Below, piece by piece: positions 1 to 12,032 of a stretch of DNA of 64,000 nt. This stretch comes from Gnetum montanum (lineage: Eukaryota; Plantae; Gnetophyta). The translations under genes and the position numbers were made by a program. Every line of letters starts with the position of its first letter. Within the stretch, counting starts at the first letter, position 1. The notes under the pieces are model-generated. The model did not search any database. It was given only the letters and a program-made list of their open reading frames with translations, and was not told the origin of the DNA. The stretch covers positions 245,930 to 309,929 of the forward strand of contig MNCI01003070.1 in the NCBI GenBank assembly GCA_015680685.1, written 5' to 3'.

Positions 1-1943
1 AGCTAGTTGCTCCTGCTGTTGATGTATGTAGTCTATTATTTATTACTTTTACACATCAACATTCCATAGGTAGTGATTTTCTATGGTCAAAGTGACATTC
101 TCTTGGTAAGTTTGATCCAATGCCTTTTGGATATTATGCATGGTGACATCAACCAAGGATTGATCAAAGATCATCATCTCCTTCACATCCTTAGCCTTCT
201 TAAACTTTTCTTGAAGCTATTGAAAAGCTTCATCATAGGTTAGTGTAGGGTTGAGAAATGTAGGGTCAACAAGGTAGGCTCTTAATTTAGTAACCTCCAA
301 AGCTAGGCATTGGATTTGAGCGTGGGATATTTTGAGTTGTCCTTCTATGATGATGCATTTGCCCCTTGCTTTCAATAGTTCCAACTTGGTAGCATTGATT
401 GTATCTAGAAGGTCAAAGATATCCAAAATCGTTTACTCAATCCCCACCATTCGATCTAGTAACTCCTTGTGCTAGGTCGTGCTTAATCTACTAATAACTA
501 TTCTTGCCTACATCCATACATCTCTTAGTGTAGAAACATCTGGTATAGATGCCATAAGTATGTTCAATGCCTTGAAAATTCTATCAGAAACTACCTCTAC
601 TACTGTCTCCTACTTATGGTGCTGCATTGCAAAGACAATTTCCCCCTCACCTTCCTCTAGATGCACCAAGAAAGTAGCAGCATTACTAGAGATTTCTAGG
701 AATTACTACTATCATGAGAGAGAGACCCTTACCTCTCAAGTGATAGGATTTGATCTCATAGGCAACTACATTCTTTGGGCTAAGAAAACTGGTCCACCTT
801 CCTTCATCTAGCTTATGATTCAAACCATTTCATTATGGTGACTCATTGCTAGATGATACATAGATGGATTACCACCACTCATTCCTGCTTGTTGCTCCTA
901 CTCATGCAAAAGCTACTCTTAGATCTCACATATTTGTTCAAGGGTAGCATGGGACTATAGCATGGTTTTGTGAGTGGACATAGGATGTGGTGGTTGCTAG
1001 TCCTCTTTCTTAGTTGTGATAGGGGTCTTATCTTTCATCATTTCAATGCAAGAGACAAAAGGAGCATACTTGATTGTATCATTGGCATAGTAAACTATTT
1101 TTTTCCTTTTGCATAGTTTTATGATGAGGTAGGGAAAGTGTAGGGCCTTCCTTTCACATTATGTTTTCTTAAATTGCTTCTCTATCTCTAAATAGATCAA
1201 CTATGGAAGGTTCATAGAAAATTTTCCACTTAGAGTAGCACACACATGGGTGGAAAAGGCAGTCACCTTACTAAGGCTCACAATCAAATTGAGGTGATAG
1301 GCCACTATCTTGAAATGCACACACTCTGCTAGGGTGAGTACATCATACTCCTTGTGATCCACTACATAACATTACTAGGTCCACTTCTTATTTGCCTCAT
1401 GTTCTACTTGTGTGAAGATCTTTGTTAAATTTTTTATAATATTAGGCAACACAAAGGCCTGTGCAATGGCCTTCATTGAGTAAGACACCTGAATGTTCTT
1501 GATCTTCATAGTCACTTCCACCTACCTACCATTCCAAAAGAGATGTCTCTCCCATGTACCATTCTCCACTGAAAGTGATGATTGGCCACATGGGAGAGTT
1601 CTACAACTACATCTTGACATATAGTGGAGCATGTGCTAAGAATGGTCCAAAGTTTAATTCTTGGAGAACTAAGCATTGGATGTCATGAGGCTTGAATCAA
1701 TGTGACCTCTAGTCTTAGCATTGATCTTGGTGCCTCATCTCGATGGGATTGTTTAGGTACAACCACATCCTTAAGAATCTATTGGACATATTACTCTATG
1801 ACCTCCTCATAAAGAGGTCCTATCACATTAGTTTCTACAACCTATTTTTGGACTTGTTCTTGTTCCTCTCTTCTAGTTCTAGGCCATTTGTCCCTTGGTT
1901 GTGATGGTCCTTCTTCCTACAAGCATTTTGATCTAGGTGCCAT
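1..1943 (-). pseudogene. Element A extra ORF downstream of integrase (Athila ORF2/'env-like' position), decayed
   Basis: Starts at ATG 1943 (MAPRSK...) directly after a splice acceptor; co-linear with 55230-57154 of element D; helical/coiled-coil C-terminal part (ORF 217..426); many stops. Confidence 0.7.
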
Positions 1944-2559
1944 CTGTAATCACAGCATGGCCAGGGATTAGCACTTATTATGTAACTTACAAACATTTGA
2001 AATACCTTATCTCTTGGGGTAGTTACACTTGGCTAAGTTGTGATCATGGTTGATTTGATTATTTTAATATTATTTTATTCATTAAACCCATGGAGAACTT
2101 AGAAAAATTATAAAAAATTATATGTAAAAAATTATTATGGATGACATAGACTCACTGTTTGTTCCATGAAAAAGAAATTGGCTTAGTCATCAATCATCAA
2201 AATTCAAAAATAGAAAGTAGACATTAGCAATCAAAAACATTAGGTACAAACCACCATTAGCAAATAGCTACAGCATCACTAAGTCCTATTGGAAATAAAG
2301 CACTTTTATTAGAAAACAAGAAAAATTCACACCAAAATAAAGTAAAGTATACATGAAATTGTAAAAATATTCAAGAAAAATAAAACATACTAACAATGTT
2401 GTAAAACAAAAATTTGAAAAAAATAATAAAGTATAAAAAAAATGGTATAGAAATAAAGAAAGTGTAAAACAAATAGATGTAAAACAAAAAAGTAAAAAAA
2501 CTGAGGAGCCACTTATATATATGCATGGATGGTCATCTTTCCCATGACTAAGTTGAAAG

Positions 2560-4831
2560 GAGATCTGAAAGATTGAGTGACGTCATTCATCCAATGAGGT
2601 GTTGCTTGCACTAGCTTGTGTGGGCTCATGGAAAGGCTTAAGTTGCTACATGTTGGCCAATTCCTTTTTATTTGAGATTTCAAGTTTGTAGATCAACATG
2701 GCCCTAGAAGAAAAGATTTCATATATGATATAAGGTTCTTTCCAGAACATCTAGAACTTAGTTCATTATGGTGTGTATGTGGGATTCCAGTAGAGAACCT
2801 TGTCTCTAAGTTGAAATTTCAGTTTCCTTATCCTAAGGCCATGGCATTGTTTACTGAATGCTTTGTGCACTTCATTCAAGGATAGGGCCACCAATTGATC
2901 CTAATCTAGGACATTAAGGTTGATCAATCTCTCTTTTTGTATTAGGGTCAAGTCAAGTTTAAGGTCACAAGCTATTGAAAGTTTACAAAGCTTAGATTAA
3001 ATTGGAAGAGTTGGTAATTTTCTATACACCAGCTCATAGGGAGAGTAGCCTATAGGAAGTTTCCACGTTGAGTAGTATGCCTATAGGGTATCATTAAGTT
3101 TGGTGCTCCAGTCTCTCCTATATTTACTAATTATTATTGTTAAGGTTTTTGTGATTTCCCCTATTGGTAACCTCTGCTTGACCATTACCTTGGGAATGGT
3201 AGAGTGTTATTAATTTATGTTCAACCCCTAAGCATTGCATGAGCTTGCAAAAAGTAGCACCTATAAAATCAGTACCATTGTTAGAAATTAGTGCACATGG
3301 TACTCCAAACCTATTTACAACCTTTTTTTATACAAAATATGTAGCAATGGAAGATGTACAGTTGGTGAAAATAGCTAACAATGACTATTATGTATGCTTT
3401 TCCATTTCACATGGGTGTGATGGGATCTATGAAGTCTATGCCCCAGATGTCAAAGGGTTCCAATGGTTGGATCCACTAACAAGTTCCCTCCATTCAAGCG
3501 ATCATCCCACCATCTCATTAACAGATATCACAAGAGCAGATGAATTGGTGGACATCCCTGAAGATTGTTGGCCATGCATCTCTCTACATAGTGGCCTCCA
3601 CAAGGACCCTCATGAACATCTTGAAGAATTCATAGTTGGTTAGCATTAAGAACACGCCAATAAATCAGGCCATTGGTGCACACCTTGTAAAGATGTTCAT
3701 TAATTTCCATGAAGCATTTGGCCTAATGAAGAAACTATTGTTTCTTCTGGTGGTTTAACTCTTGTGGCATTTCTTGAGTGAGAAGATAAGTGAGGATGCC
3801 ATCATACCATTTTTTGCTCAACAAGAACTTGTTCATTTATTGCACCAGCAAAGAGGAGTTCATCAAGAAACTAATTAGAGAGTGGGCTCTCATCTTCTTT
3901 CTTATTCCATCATAACCAAGATAAGTGATTAGTGATCACATTCTTACTCCCCTTCTGATCTACCATTATAAGATCAAACTCCTATAAGATCACTAGCCAA
4001 CGTATGACATGGGAGCTCATCATTAGTTTATTCATTAGGAAGTGAATGGCACTATGGTCAGTGTGCATAAACACCTCATATCCAAGCACATACTGCCTAA
4101 ATTTCTTCAAAGCATACACCACAGCCATGAACTCTTTCTCCATTGTGGTGTAATTGAGCTATGCACCCACAATGCTTTGGCTTGCATAGTGGATGCCATA
4201 TGGACATTTTTGATTATCCAACTACATAAGCACATCTCCCAAGACATAGTTGGATCCATCTATCATGATGGAAAATAAATGGGACCAATCAAGTACTTGT
4301 AGAATTAGAGTCTCTACAAGCCTCTTTTTAAGCAACTAGAATGTCTTTTCACATTCCTTGATCCACATGAATGGAACATCTTTCTTTGTGAGCTCAACCA
4401 ATATTTTTTTGATCCTAGAAAAATTCTCTATGAATCATTAGTAGTAGCCAGTGTGTCCAAGGAATTACAAGACATCTTTAATAGTTTTCAGTTGGTAGAT
4501 TATTTCTTAGATGATCCAAATATTTTTTGGTCTATCTTAATCCCTACTTGAGAAATTTTGTGCCCCAACATAATGCCCTCCTAGACCATGAGATGACTCA
4601 TTTATCAATTGAGCCGAAGCTTAGTCTCCACACACCTTTTAAGCACTTTCTCAAGGTGATCTAGGGCTTGTGCACATGTAGCACCATAGGTGGAGAATTC
4701 ATCTATGAAGACTTCCAACCCACTACCAATCTACTGCTAAAAATGCTTAAGACCAAGCATTAATAATTTGCAAGGGCATTGAATAGACTAAAGGGCATCT
4801 TACGATATGCAAAAGTCCCCTAGGGACTTGT
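2560..4831 (-). pseudogene. Element A pol: RT C-terminal part, RNase H and integrase, decayed
   Basis: Minus-strand translation gives TSP*GTFAYRKMPF (RT), an RNase H-like segment, and an integrase C-terminus (KLKFQLRDKVLYWN...FWKEPY); stops and frameshifts. Confidence 0.8.
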
Positions 4832-7731
4832 TGGTGTCACGATAAACCATTCCATGGAGTAGTAGTTGAAGCTAATACAATTTAAAATAAATGAGATTGA
4901 TACATCTAAGAATCTAGGAGAAATATCTTAGGAAGTTAATATCAATACTGAATGGGGTGTGACTGCATCTAAAGATGCAAGGCTATATTCTCTTGTTGAA
5001 AGGTTACAAAGGAAGTTATTTCAAGTGGATAAAACAAAGAGTTCTTAATTGGTTTATGTGCACTGGTTGTTGTAGAAAATTATGCAAAAACTATAATATT
5101 TTGAATTTTTTTTAGGACAACAGGCCTCTACCATATTAGCTCTTGGCAAACCCATGCTTATTGATGGTGATTTCTGTAAAGCAAATTGACAACTTTTCAT
5201 AGTGGGCCAAAATACCATTGCCAATACCATTCAATCCAATTGTGTTATTGCATTAATCAAACCTCATGTGCTTATACTATCACATTTTATACTAATTGGT
5301 ATGATGAAGTTTAGGGGCTACATCAACAAAATGGCTTTTTGTTTAAAGGATGATGATGTTTGGATGTCTAATTTTGCCAAAATATTTTATTTGTGAACTT
5401 TCAAAGAAAGAAAATAATATTGTATATAATTTACTACTAGATATTTTAAGTTGTATACCTAAGGAATCATTTCTACAATATCATGAAATCGAGCTTATTA
5501 AGAAGGATGAACAAAATGATGGTTTCATAGAAAAATTGTGTCATTAATTTTACTATGTAATCTACAAAAATAATGGAAGTATCTTACATAATTTCCAGTT
5601 GAATTACATTGAAATAAGATTGAAAAAGTTACGAACACTCCTTAGCTAAGGATGCTGTAATCAACTACTTCAAAACAAAATAAACATCATCAATAAAACT
5701 AACAAAAAATGATAGAAAGCCCCAAAATGCATACCAATATAGAACTCTTCTACCCTTCATGATGAAAATTACATCAGAATATTCCTTAGTTACAAGGCAA
5801 AAAAATAGAGTGGTAAGAAGGAATTTCTTGGCAAATGTTTTGCATGAATTGATCACGATAAAGAAGCCCTAAATTGGAAAATTTGCAAATGTGTAGAATG
5901 CTAGTGGGATACTACACCGCTCATGTATCACTAGATTGTCATAATTTTCAACAATCACCACAATATCTATACAAGTAGAACTATGGTTTCCTCTTAACTA
6001 CTACAATGACCATGCTCCACAAGTACTTCTGAAATGATGCTGATGGAGCTTGCTATGCCCAACCCAAAAATCACCTCAACTTATAAGTGTGTCACCTTAT
6101 TTTCTGTTTCCAAAAATTGATGTTGCTACCCAGACTCATGCTAAAAAGTACACGAAGAGTGGCATCCTCAGCATTAGAAATAGGGAGATGCAACATGAAA
6201 GACTACAAATCCTTGTTCCTGTACCACATGGTGGAAAAATAAACCCCTATTCTTGCATTTATGCAATGGGCTAGTCATGATTAACTTTAAGAATTAAATG
6301 TTTTTATTGATGCTCTTGGTTAGAGAATATAAGGAGAAATACATATTATTTTCATTGACAAAGTGCAATATAAGTTTAAAGATAATTTGTATGTATTTTT
6401 TTAAAAAATAAGGGTATTTTATTTTTAAAAAGAAAGGGATATTATTCATGAAGACACTTGCCAACTCTAGCTCAAATTTCTCATAACTTATTATGGAAGT
6501 TACAACTTCTCATGGGAGTGATGAATTAATTCCCAAGATATTTGTAGCTTACCTTAATATTTCATATGATTATAACTACCTTGAGGTTACCATAAAAGGG
6601 CTTCAAGGGTAGAAGAAAGAAAAGGAAACTTTTGGAGAAGAAGAAATTTGAAGATTACTTGTAAGATGATTTGCTAAAGACATCGTTTCAGCCACTTTGT
6701 TTTAGTCCTTTGAGTTCATTCTTTCCTATTTTGTTTTTGCTACTTAGCTGATGGTTAGGTATTATCATACTTGGCATTTAAATTTGGGATTTTTGGATTA
6801 CTTTTATAGTTCTTTGTTGTGTGATGGTAGAGTCCTATTAAGATTTGCCATAGAAGAGCTCATGTTGGAAAGCCTCAAGAGCAATTTAATAGAAAAGTTT
6901 ATTATTATGTAATGTTTAAGGCTACTATTAGGATTTCTGTAAGAGAGCCTCTACTATATACAAGCTAGTTGAGCAATTCAATAGTCTAGAAGGTTCAAAA
7001 AATCTTTGGTATTTTGATGGGACTAAAATAGCTTTTTGATTTTTAAAGTATATTTCCTTGGTATTTCAATTAGAAATTGTCAAATCTTTGAAAGCTCTAT
7101 TGTATGCAATCGTTGACAACTATTATCTAGTAAAAATAGAGACTTGTACATGGTGGTTTACACCAATTTTTGGTAGTATAGTAGGATTATCTTTAAGAAA
7201 TTGCTTGTTTGAGCCTAGAAAATTTGAANCTCACAATAAAGTTATCCCTAATTCAATATCTATGAATTGTTCAAANGCGAAGTGTTTTCTTGTATCAATT
7301 TACCTTGCTTAAATATTTGAGATTTTCTTTCTCTTTCCATTGAATCTTGCTCTATTTCTAGTTTTCTTGTGGAACTTTCTCTCTCTAGGAGAAATCAGGA
7401 GCAGATTAGCAGAGTTATGCTCAAATGGTTTTTATAAAATTTTATTTGTTACAAGTATGTATTATAAAGACCATATTGACTAAGTGATCAAACAAAATGG
7501 AAATCTCTAACTCATTGTATTTTACAAAGTTTGGCCGAATCTCTTTCATGGTAACTAATTACAATTTTATACATGACTCAACTATTTCAACATTCAATAG
7601 CAAACACATATTCACATTAACTATTTAATCTATTTGGAGGTATCTGGGCCTTGCTCTTGCCAGAGACCAATGAGCACCTAAATATTATTTGAGGCACTCA
7701 TTGGTGGTTGTGTCCCAAATGGTCACCAACA
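4832..7731. mobile_element. 2.9-kb TG..CA-bounded insertion (solo LTR or non-autonomous LTR-like unit) in the RT of element A
   Basis: Flanked by CTTGT (4827-4831) and CTTGT (7732-7736); termini (TGT)TGGTG...CACCAACA; removing it restores RT ...DKITFT-SP*GTFAY. Confidence 0.75.
4930..5750 (+). pseudogene. CAP-D2: Processed, intronless fragment of condensin I subunit CAP-D2 (Cnd1 HEAT region)
   Basis: Translations INTEWGVTASKDA, QASTILALGKPMLIDGDFCKAN, IQSNCVIAL, VLILSHFILIGMMKFRGYINKMA, ELSKKENNIVYNLLLDIL, IKKDEQNDGFIEKLC and EHSLAKD match plant CAP-D2 as I recall it (VLVLSHLILNDMMKVKGYINEMA...ELSKKGSNPIYNLLPDIL...IKKDKQMEALVEKLC); frameshifts and stops. Confidence 0.8.
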
Positions 7732-8340
7732 CTTGTAAATGTTATTTTGTCCTAATCCTTAGGTGATATCTGAATTTGGTTATAACGACTATAATAATTC
7801 CAAAAGTTATAATAGCAATGCCCAGAAAGAGCAATGGAAAATGATCTTTGAACATTTCCATGTTCAACAACCTGAAATCAATATAGACCCATGACTTAAC
7901 ACCTTTCTTTGGCACAACTACAAGTGGGCTAACCCACTTGCTATCTACAAGTGGATAGATGATCCTTGCCTTGAGGAGTTCTTCAATTTTCTCTTTGACA
8001 ATCTGTTTTAGTTTGGGAGTCACTACTATGACTACCTCTTTGGCTTCATGTCCAAATTGGTATAGATGCGATGTTTGCATATCTTAGGATCAATCCATGT
8101 GACTTTAGGATATGACCAAGCAAAGATTGTTGGTCATTTGTTGACCACCTTCAACAACATGTTTTTCTACTTAGGAGCAAGGTTTGCATTGATTATCACT
8201 AGCTTACTATTTTTCAAAAATGCATATTCCATGCTAGTATGTAGAGTTTTTAACTCTAAGGGCTCCTATTTAAAACTATTAGGAATTTCCAACTCTTTCC
8301 AATTGGTATCATCAGGTTCATCATCAAAGAGTTGCTAATG
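7732..8340 (-). pseudogene. Element A RT N-terminal part
   Basis: ORF 7742..8080: VKEKIEELLKARIIYP..DSKWVSPLVVVPKK..IDFRLLN..KDHFPL, followed by YNQIQISPKD*DKITFT in another frame. Confidence 0.85.
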
Positions 8341-8563
8341 AACTTACTCTAGTTCATCCATGCCTTCACCATCGGCACAAGTTAGGCTCTTACTAGGTTT
8401 CATGTAAAGTGTGCTTCTTTCAAAATTAGCTATCAACCACCGGGTGCCTTTCTATTTTATGGCTATTGTGTACATGCACTTTTGGATTTTAGATTCATTT
8501 GCACATTGTCTGCATGCTTTGATTGAAGTGCTTTTAATAAACTAGAATTTCTGCATAGAGTTG

Positions 8564-10310
8564 TGTATTGACCTAAATTGTCGGTGTAAGGCTAGAAGGA
8601 AAACAAACACCAAAAGATCACTGGGTAGACACAGCTGACCCTGCCTTCACCTCGAGGGTAAGCTGGAAAAGTAAACAAAGGTAGAGTGCCTTTGGATGGT
8701 CTGCACGTAAATCAACCAAGGATTTCCTTGAGCGTAAACTACAGCTTGCGCTGAGGTTATCGTAACTAATGTTTTAAAACGTAAACAACATGTATGAAAC
8801 ATAAATAGAAACACATGCAAAAAATTGGTATTGTAAACAAAATGTAAATTGAATGTAAAATAGAGTAAACAAAAAATAATGGCTGGCAAAATGAGCTGTA
8901 TTGTATTGCATAGAAAAGATGTGCATCGATCAAAGCATAGCTGCAAATGGCAAGTCAAGCACCAAGCCCCAAGGTGATGTGATGTGATGTTTTTTGGAAG
9001 TGCTTGGATGCTAGAAGTTAGAGTGTGCTGAGTGCCCAAGGATTGCTGGTTTGAGCTTTTCAAGCTGTTTAACTCAAAAATTACCAACCCTGTTTATTAT
9101 AATTAACAAGGTATTTATAGGATTGGGCTAGGCTCAAGCACAAAATTCATGAATGGAATCAACAACTGGGAGATGAGAGTAAAGCGGATCAAGTGACACG
9201 TGTCGAATGGACAACTGTGCATGAGTTGGACATGTGTTGGCAAGCTACGTTCTTGACAAGGTTCACTGTATCTTACAATGCAAGGGTCACTCAAGCCCAT
9301 GGAAATACATACAATTTAGACTATAGGACCTAACAAGCCCACAAATGAAGATTTACAATGAAATGATTAATTTACAACAAAAGAAATTGGTTTTGGCTCG
9401 ATTGAGACTTATGGATTTTTGATTTGACCACTTTGACCACTGTAGGATACTGATTCAGGTGTTTCCATGGCTTTTGAGACATGTCTACTTGCACTCATGC
9501 TGGGCAGTCATGTTGGGCGTTCAGTAGACACTCATGCTAGGTAGTCACGCTTGGAGTGCAGTAGACACTCACACTGGGCAGTCATGCTGGGATTGCAGTA
9601 GACACTCATGCTAGGTAGTCATGCTGGGAGTGCAGTAGACACTCACACTGGGCAATCACGTTGGGAGTGAAGTAGATGCTCACGTTGGGCAGTCACGTTG
9701 GGAGTGTCCTCAGTGTGACCTCAGCTAGAGTGAAATAAAATGAGATACTTGACACCAAATTTTGATTCCTGAAGTCTATTCTTTGAATGCAACTGTTACC
9801 CTAAATGTGTATAACTTTGAGAGTGATTTGTAATCTAAATTTGAGCCTGAATATGTCTTGTTTGGAGCCACCTTTGGTAGGTCACGTTGGACTCACACTA
9901 CAATGTGATCTGCAATGTGACCTGCAGCATGACCTCAAAAACTTGCAATTTTGAGCTGAGATTTGGAATTTTTGAAGGCTAGGACCCATAGTTGTCAATA
10001 GTGGACCCTGAGGATGACTTGCACCCTTGAAATCAAGTAGTTTTTACTTAGTTTTGAGGCTTCAAAAGTTGGTCACGCTAGAGTTACGTAGCAACGTGAC
10101 CTGTAGCATGACTCCTGAAAACCGCTTAGAAATGATCATTTTAACCTATTTTTGATGCTATGTGAAGTTACTCACACTGAGGGTGAGCAAGCTACCTTGG
10201 GCAAGCTGGGTGTGAGTTCCATGCCTTAGCCAAATTTTGCCTCCCGAAACTTCAAAAGGGCTTGAGTCGTTCTCATTTTAAAGTGCTAGGCCGAAATTAA
10301 TGGTGTTTCA
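8564..10310 (-). repeat. Element B 3' LTR
   Basis: TG...CA; co-linear with 44671-46390; contains ~6 copies of a 37-bp tandem unit (GTAGACACTCATGCTGGGCAGTCATGCTGGGAGTGCA) at ~9490-9710. Confidence 0.95.
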
Positions 10311-10325
10311 TTAGCCCCTCTTTAT
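10311..10325 (-). promoter_or_regulatory. Element B polypurine tract
   Basis: Minus strand ATAAAGAGGGGCTAA immediately before the 3' LTR start TGAAACACC. Confidence 0.8.
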
Positions 10326-11676
10326 TGACATCTAAAGAATCCACCCAAGAGATGTCAACAAAGAAGCGCAAAACACCATGAACAAAAAAGCATCAAACAT
10401 TGACCATCGGCCCTTGGCTGGGTGTCATCACACCATTTTCAAAAGTACATGGGATCGAGGGAATGTGTTTCAAGATGCAAGGTATTGGTTGTAACCATGG
10501 GTTGGTTGTAATCAGGGGAAATGAGGAGTTGGTCAAGGATTATAATTGCTACTAGAATTATGGGAGAGGAATGCTCTCACATGAATGAGCTATATCTTTG
10601 GTCCTTGTCCATAGCTAGTGTTCAGCAAACTCAGAGCCAAGACATAGGAAGTGCATTCTTTGGAGAAATGAGACTCTTATAGAGTGTTTATAGGGCCCAT
10701 TGTAAATAACCAAAGCCACACGATGGTCTCTTTGAGACACCAATGTAACTATTTTTCAAGACAATTGCCTTCTCACCTGGGGCTTGTATGAGAATGGCCA
10801 ATAGTCTTTTGTTTATGATGTCAACGGGGTCACGAAGATCTTTTCCATGCATTTTGCTCTTTGACCTTTTTGTTCTTTTCTTCTTTTCCTTTGTTTTTGT
10901 GTTGTTTTTTCTTTCTTTTTCTTTTTGGTATTTTTGAAAGAGCTTACTTTTAGTGCTGTGCTTGTGTTCGAGCGCTTACATTTTGCATCATGTACTATGT
11001 ACTATATTTTGTGTCACAACCGCTTAGGGAGTCACAGTGTGCAACAGTGTATCAAGAGTTTTGAGGTGAGTAGAATGTATGAAGGGGGTGTAATTGAATA
11101 GGCTAAGGGGAGCATGATGGGGAAAAGGGGATGTATCGGGAGTTAGAAATGTACTTATGAATGGTTTGATTAACCCAGTTATGTGCATCCGGAAGAATGT
11201 GATACCTTGTCATCATGATGGAGTGCATCTATGCATGAAGACCTCAGGCGTGTCATCCTGCAAACACAACTCCAAGAAGATAAGAANAAAGACCTCAGGC
11301 GTGTCATCCTGCAAACACAACTTCAAGAAGATAAGAAAAACACAAATGAATCGGTCAACTAAGCACTTTAAACAAAGGGATGGAGTCACCATGTGCGATT
11401 TCAAAGTAAACAGAATCATGAATAGCATCAGCTTCATCAAGGTCCATGAGAAAAATCATGTAGTAAGTCTTTGTGGAACATGTATAGCCAATTGCAACAA
11501 CACATCTTTTAAAGTTTTTCCTAGTCATCGATGATGTCATTAGTTTATAGTATTAGTGGACTATTGCAGGTTAGTTTCACGTCATAACCAGTTTATAGTC
11601 TTAGTGGACTTTGGATGCTAGTTTCACGTCATGGAGGACAGATGTGACAGTTTAACGTCGTACCAGATAGAGCTCT

Positions 11677-12013
11677 GTGGTATCAGTTTTAAGTCATGAT
11701 GCCAGGACTTGTCTATGGTATCATTTTTAAGTCATGATGCCAGGACTTGTCTATGGTATCAATTTTAAGTCATGATGCTGGGACTTTTCTATGGTATCAG
11801 TTTTAATTCATGATGCCAGGACTGTTCTATGGTATTAGTTTTAAGTCATGATGCTAGGACTATTCTGTGGTATCAATTTTAAGTCATGATGCTAGGACTA
11901 TTCTGTGGTATTAGTTTTAAGTCATGATGCCAGGACTATTCTATGGTATCAGTTTTAAGTCATGATGCCAGGATTGTTTTGTGGTATCAATTTTAAGTCA
12001 TGATGCCAGGATT
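11677..12013. repeat. 38-bp tandem repeat (~9 copies) just 3' of the B integrase stop
   Basis: Unit TGGTATCAGTTTTAAGTCATGATGCCAGGACTTGTCTA; period 38 (e.g. 11701 to 11739); no variable spacers. Confidence 0.9.
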
Positions 12014-12032
12014 GTGACGTACCTCAAGTTTA

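Noticed and set aside
1-1943. True retroviral envelope gene
   Set aside because: Position matches Athila 'env-like' ORFs, but no signal peptide, fusion or transmembrane signature is visible
8647-9300. Hydrophobic ORFs in LTRs (also 17685-18649, 33644-35489, 44636-46309) as membrane or env proteins
   Set aside because: Not kept open between the paired LTRs; explained by T-rich composition
11238-11340. 51-bp direct duplication in the B 3' region
   Set aside because: An N sits at the junction, so an assembly or gap-fill artefact is likely
11677-12013. 38-bp repeats resembling a CRISPR array
   Set aside because: Head-to-tail units with no unique spacers, no cas genes, eukaryotic retrotransposon context
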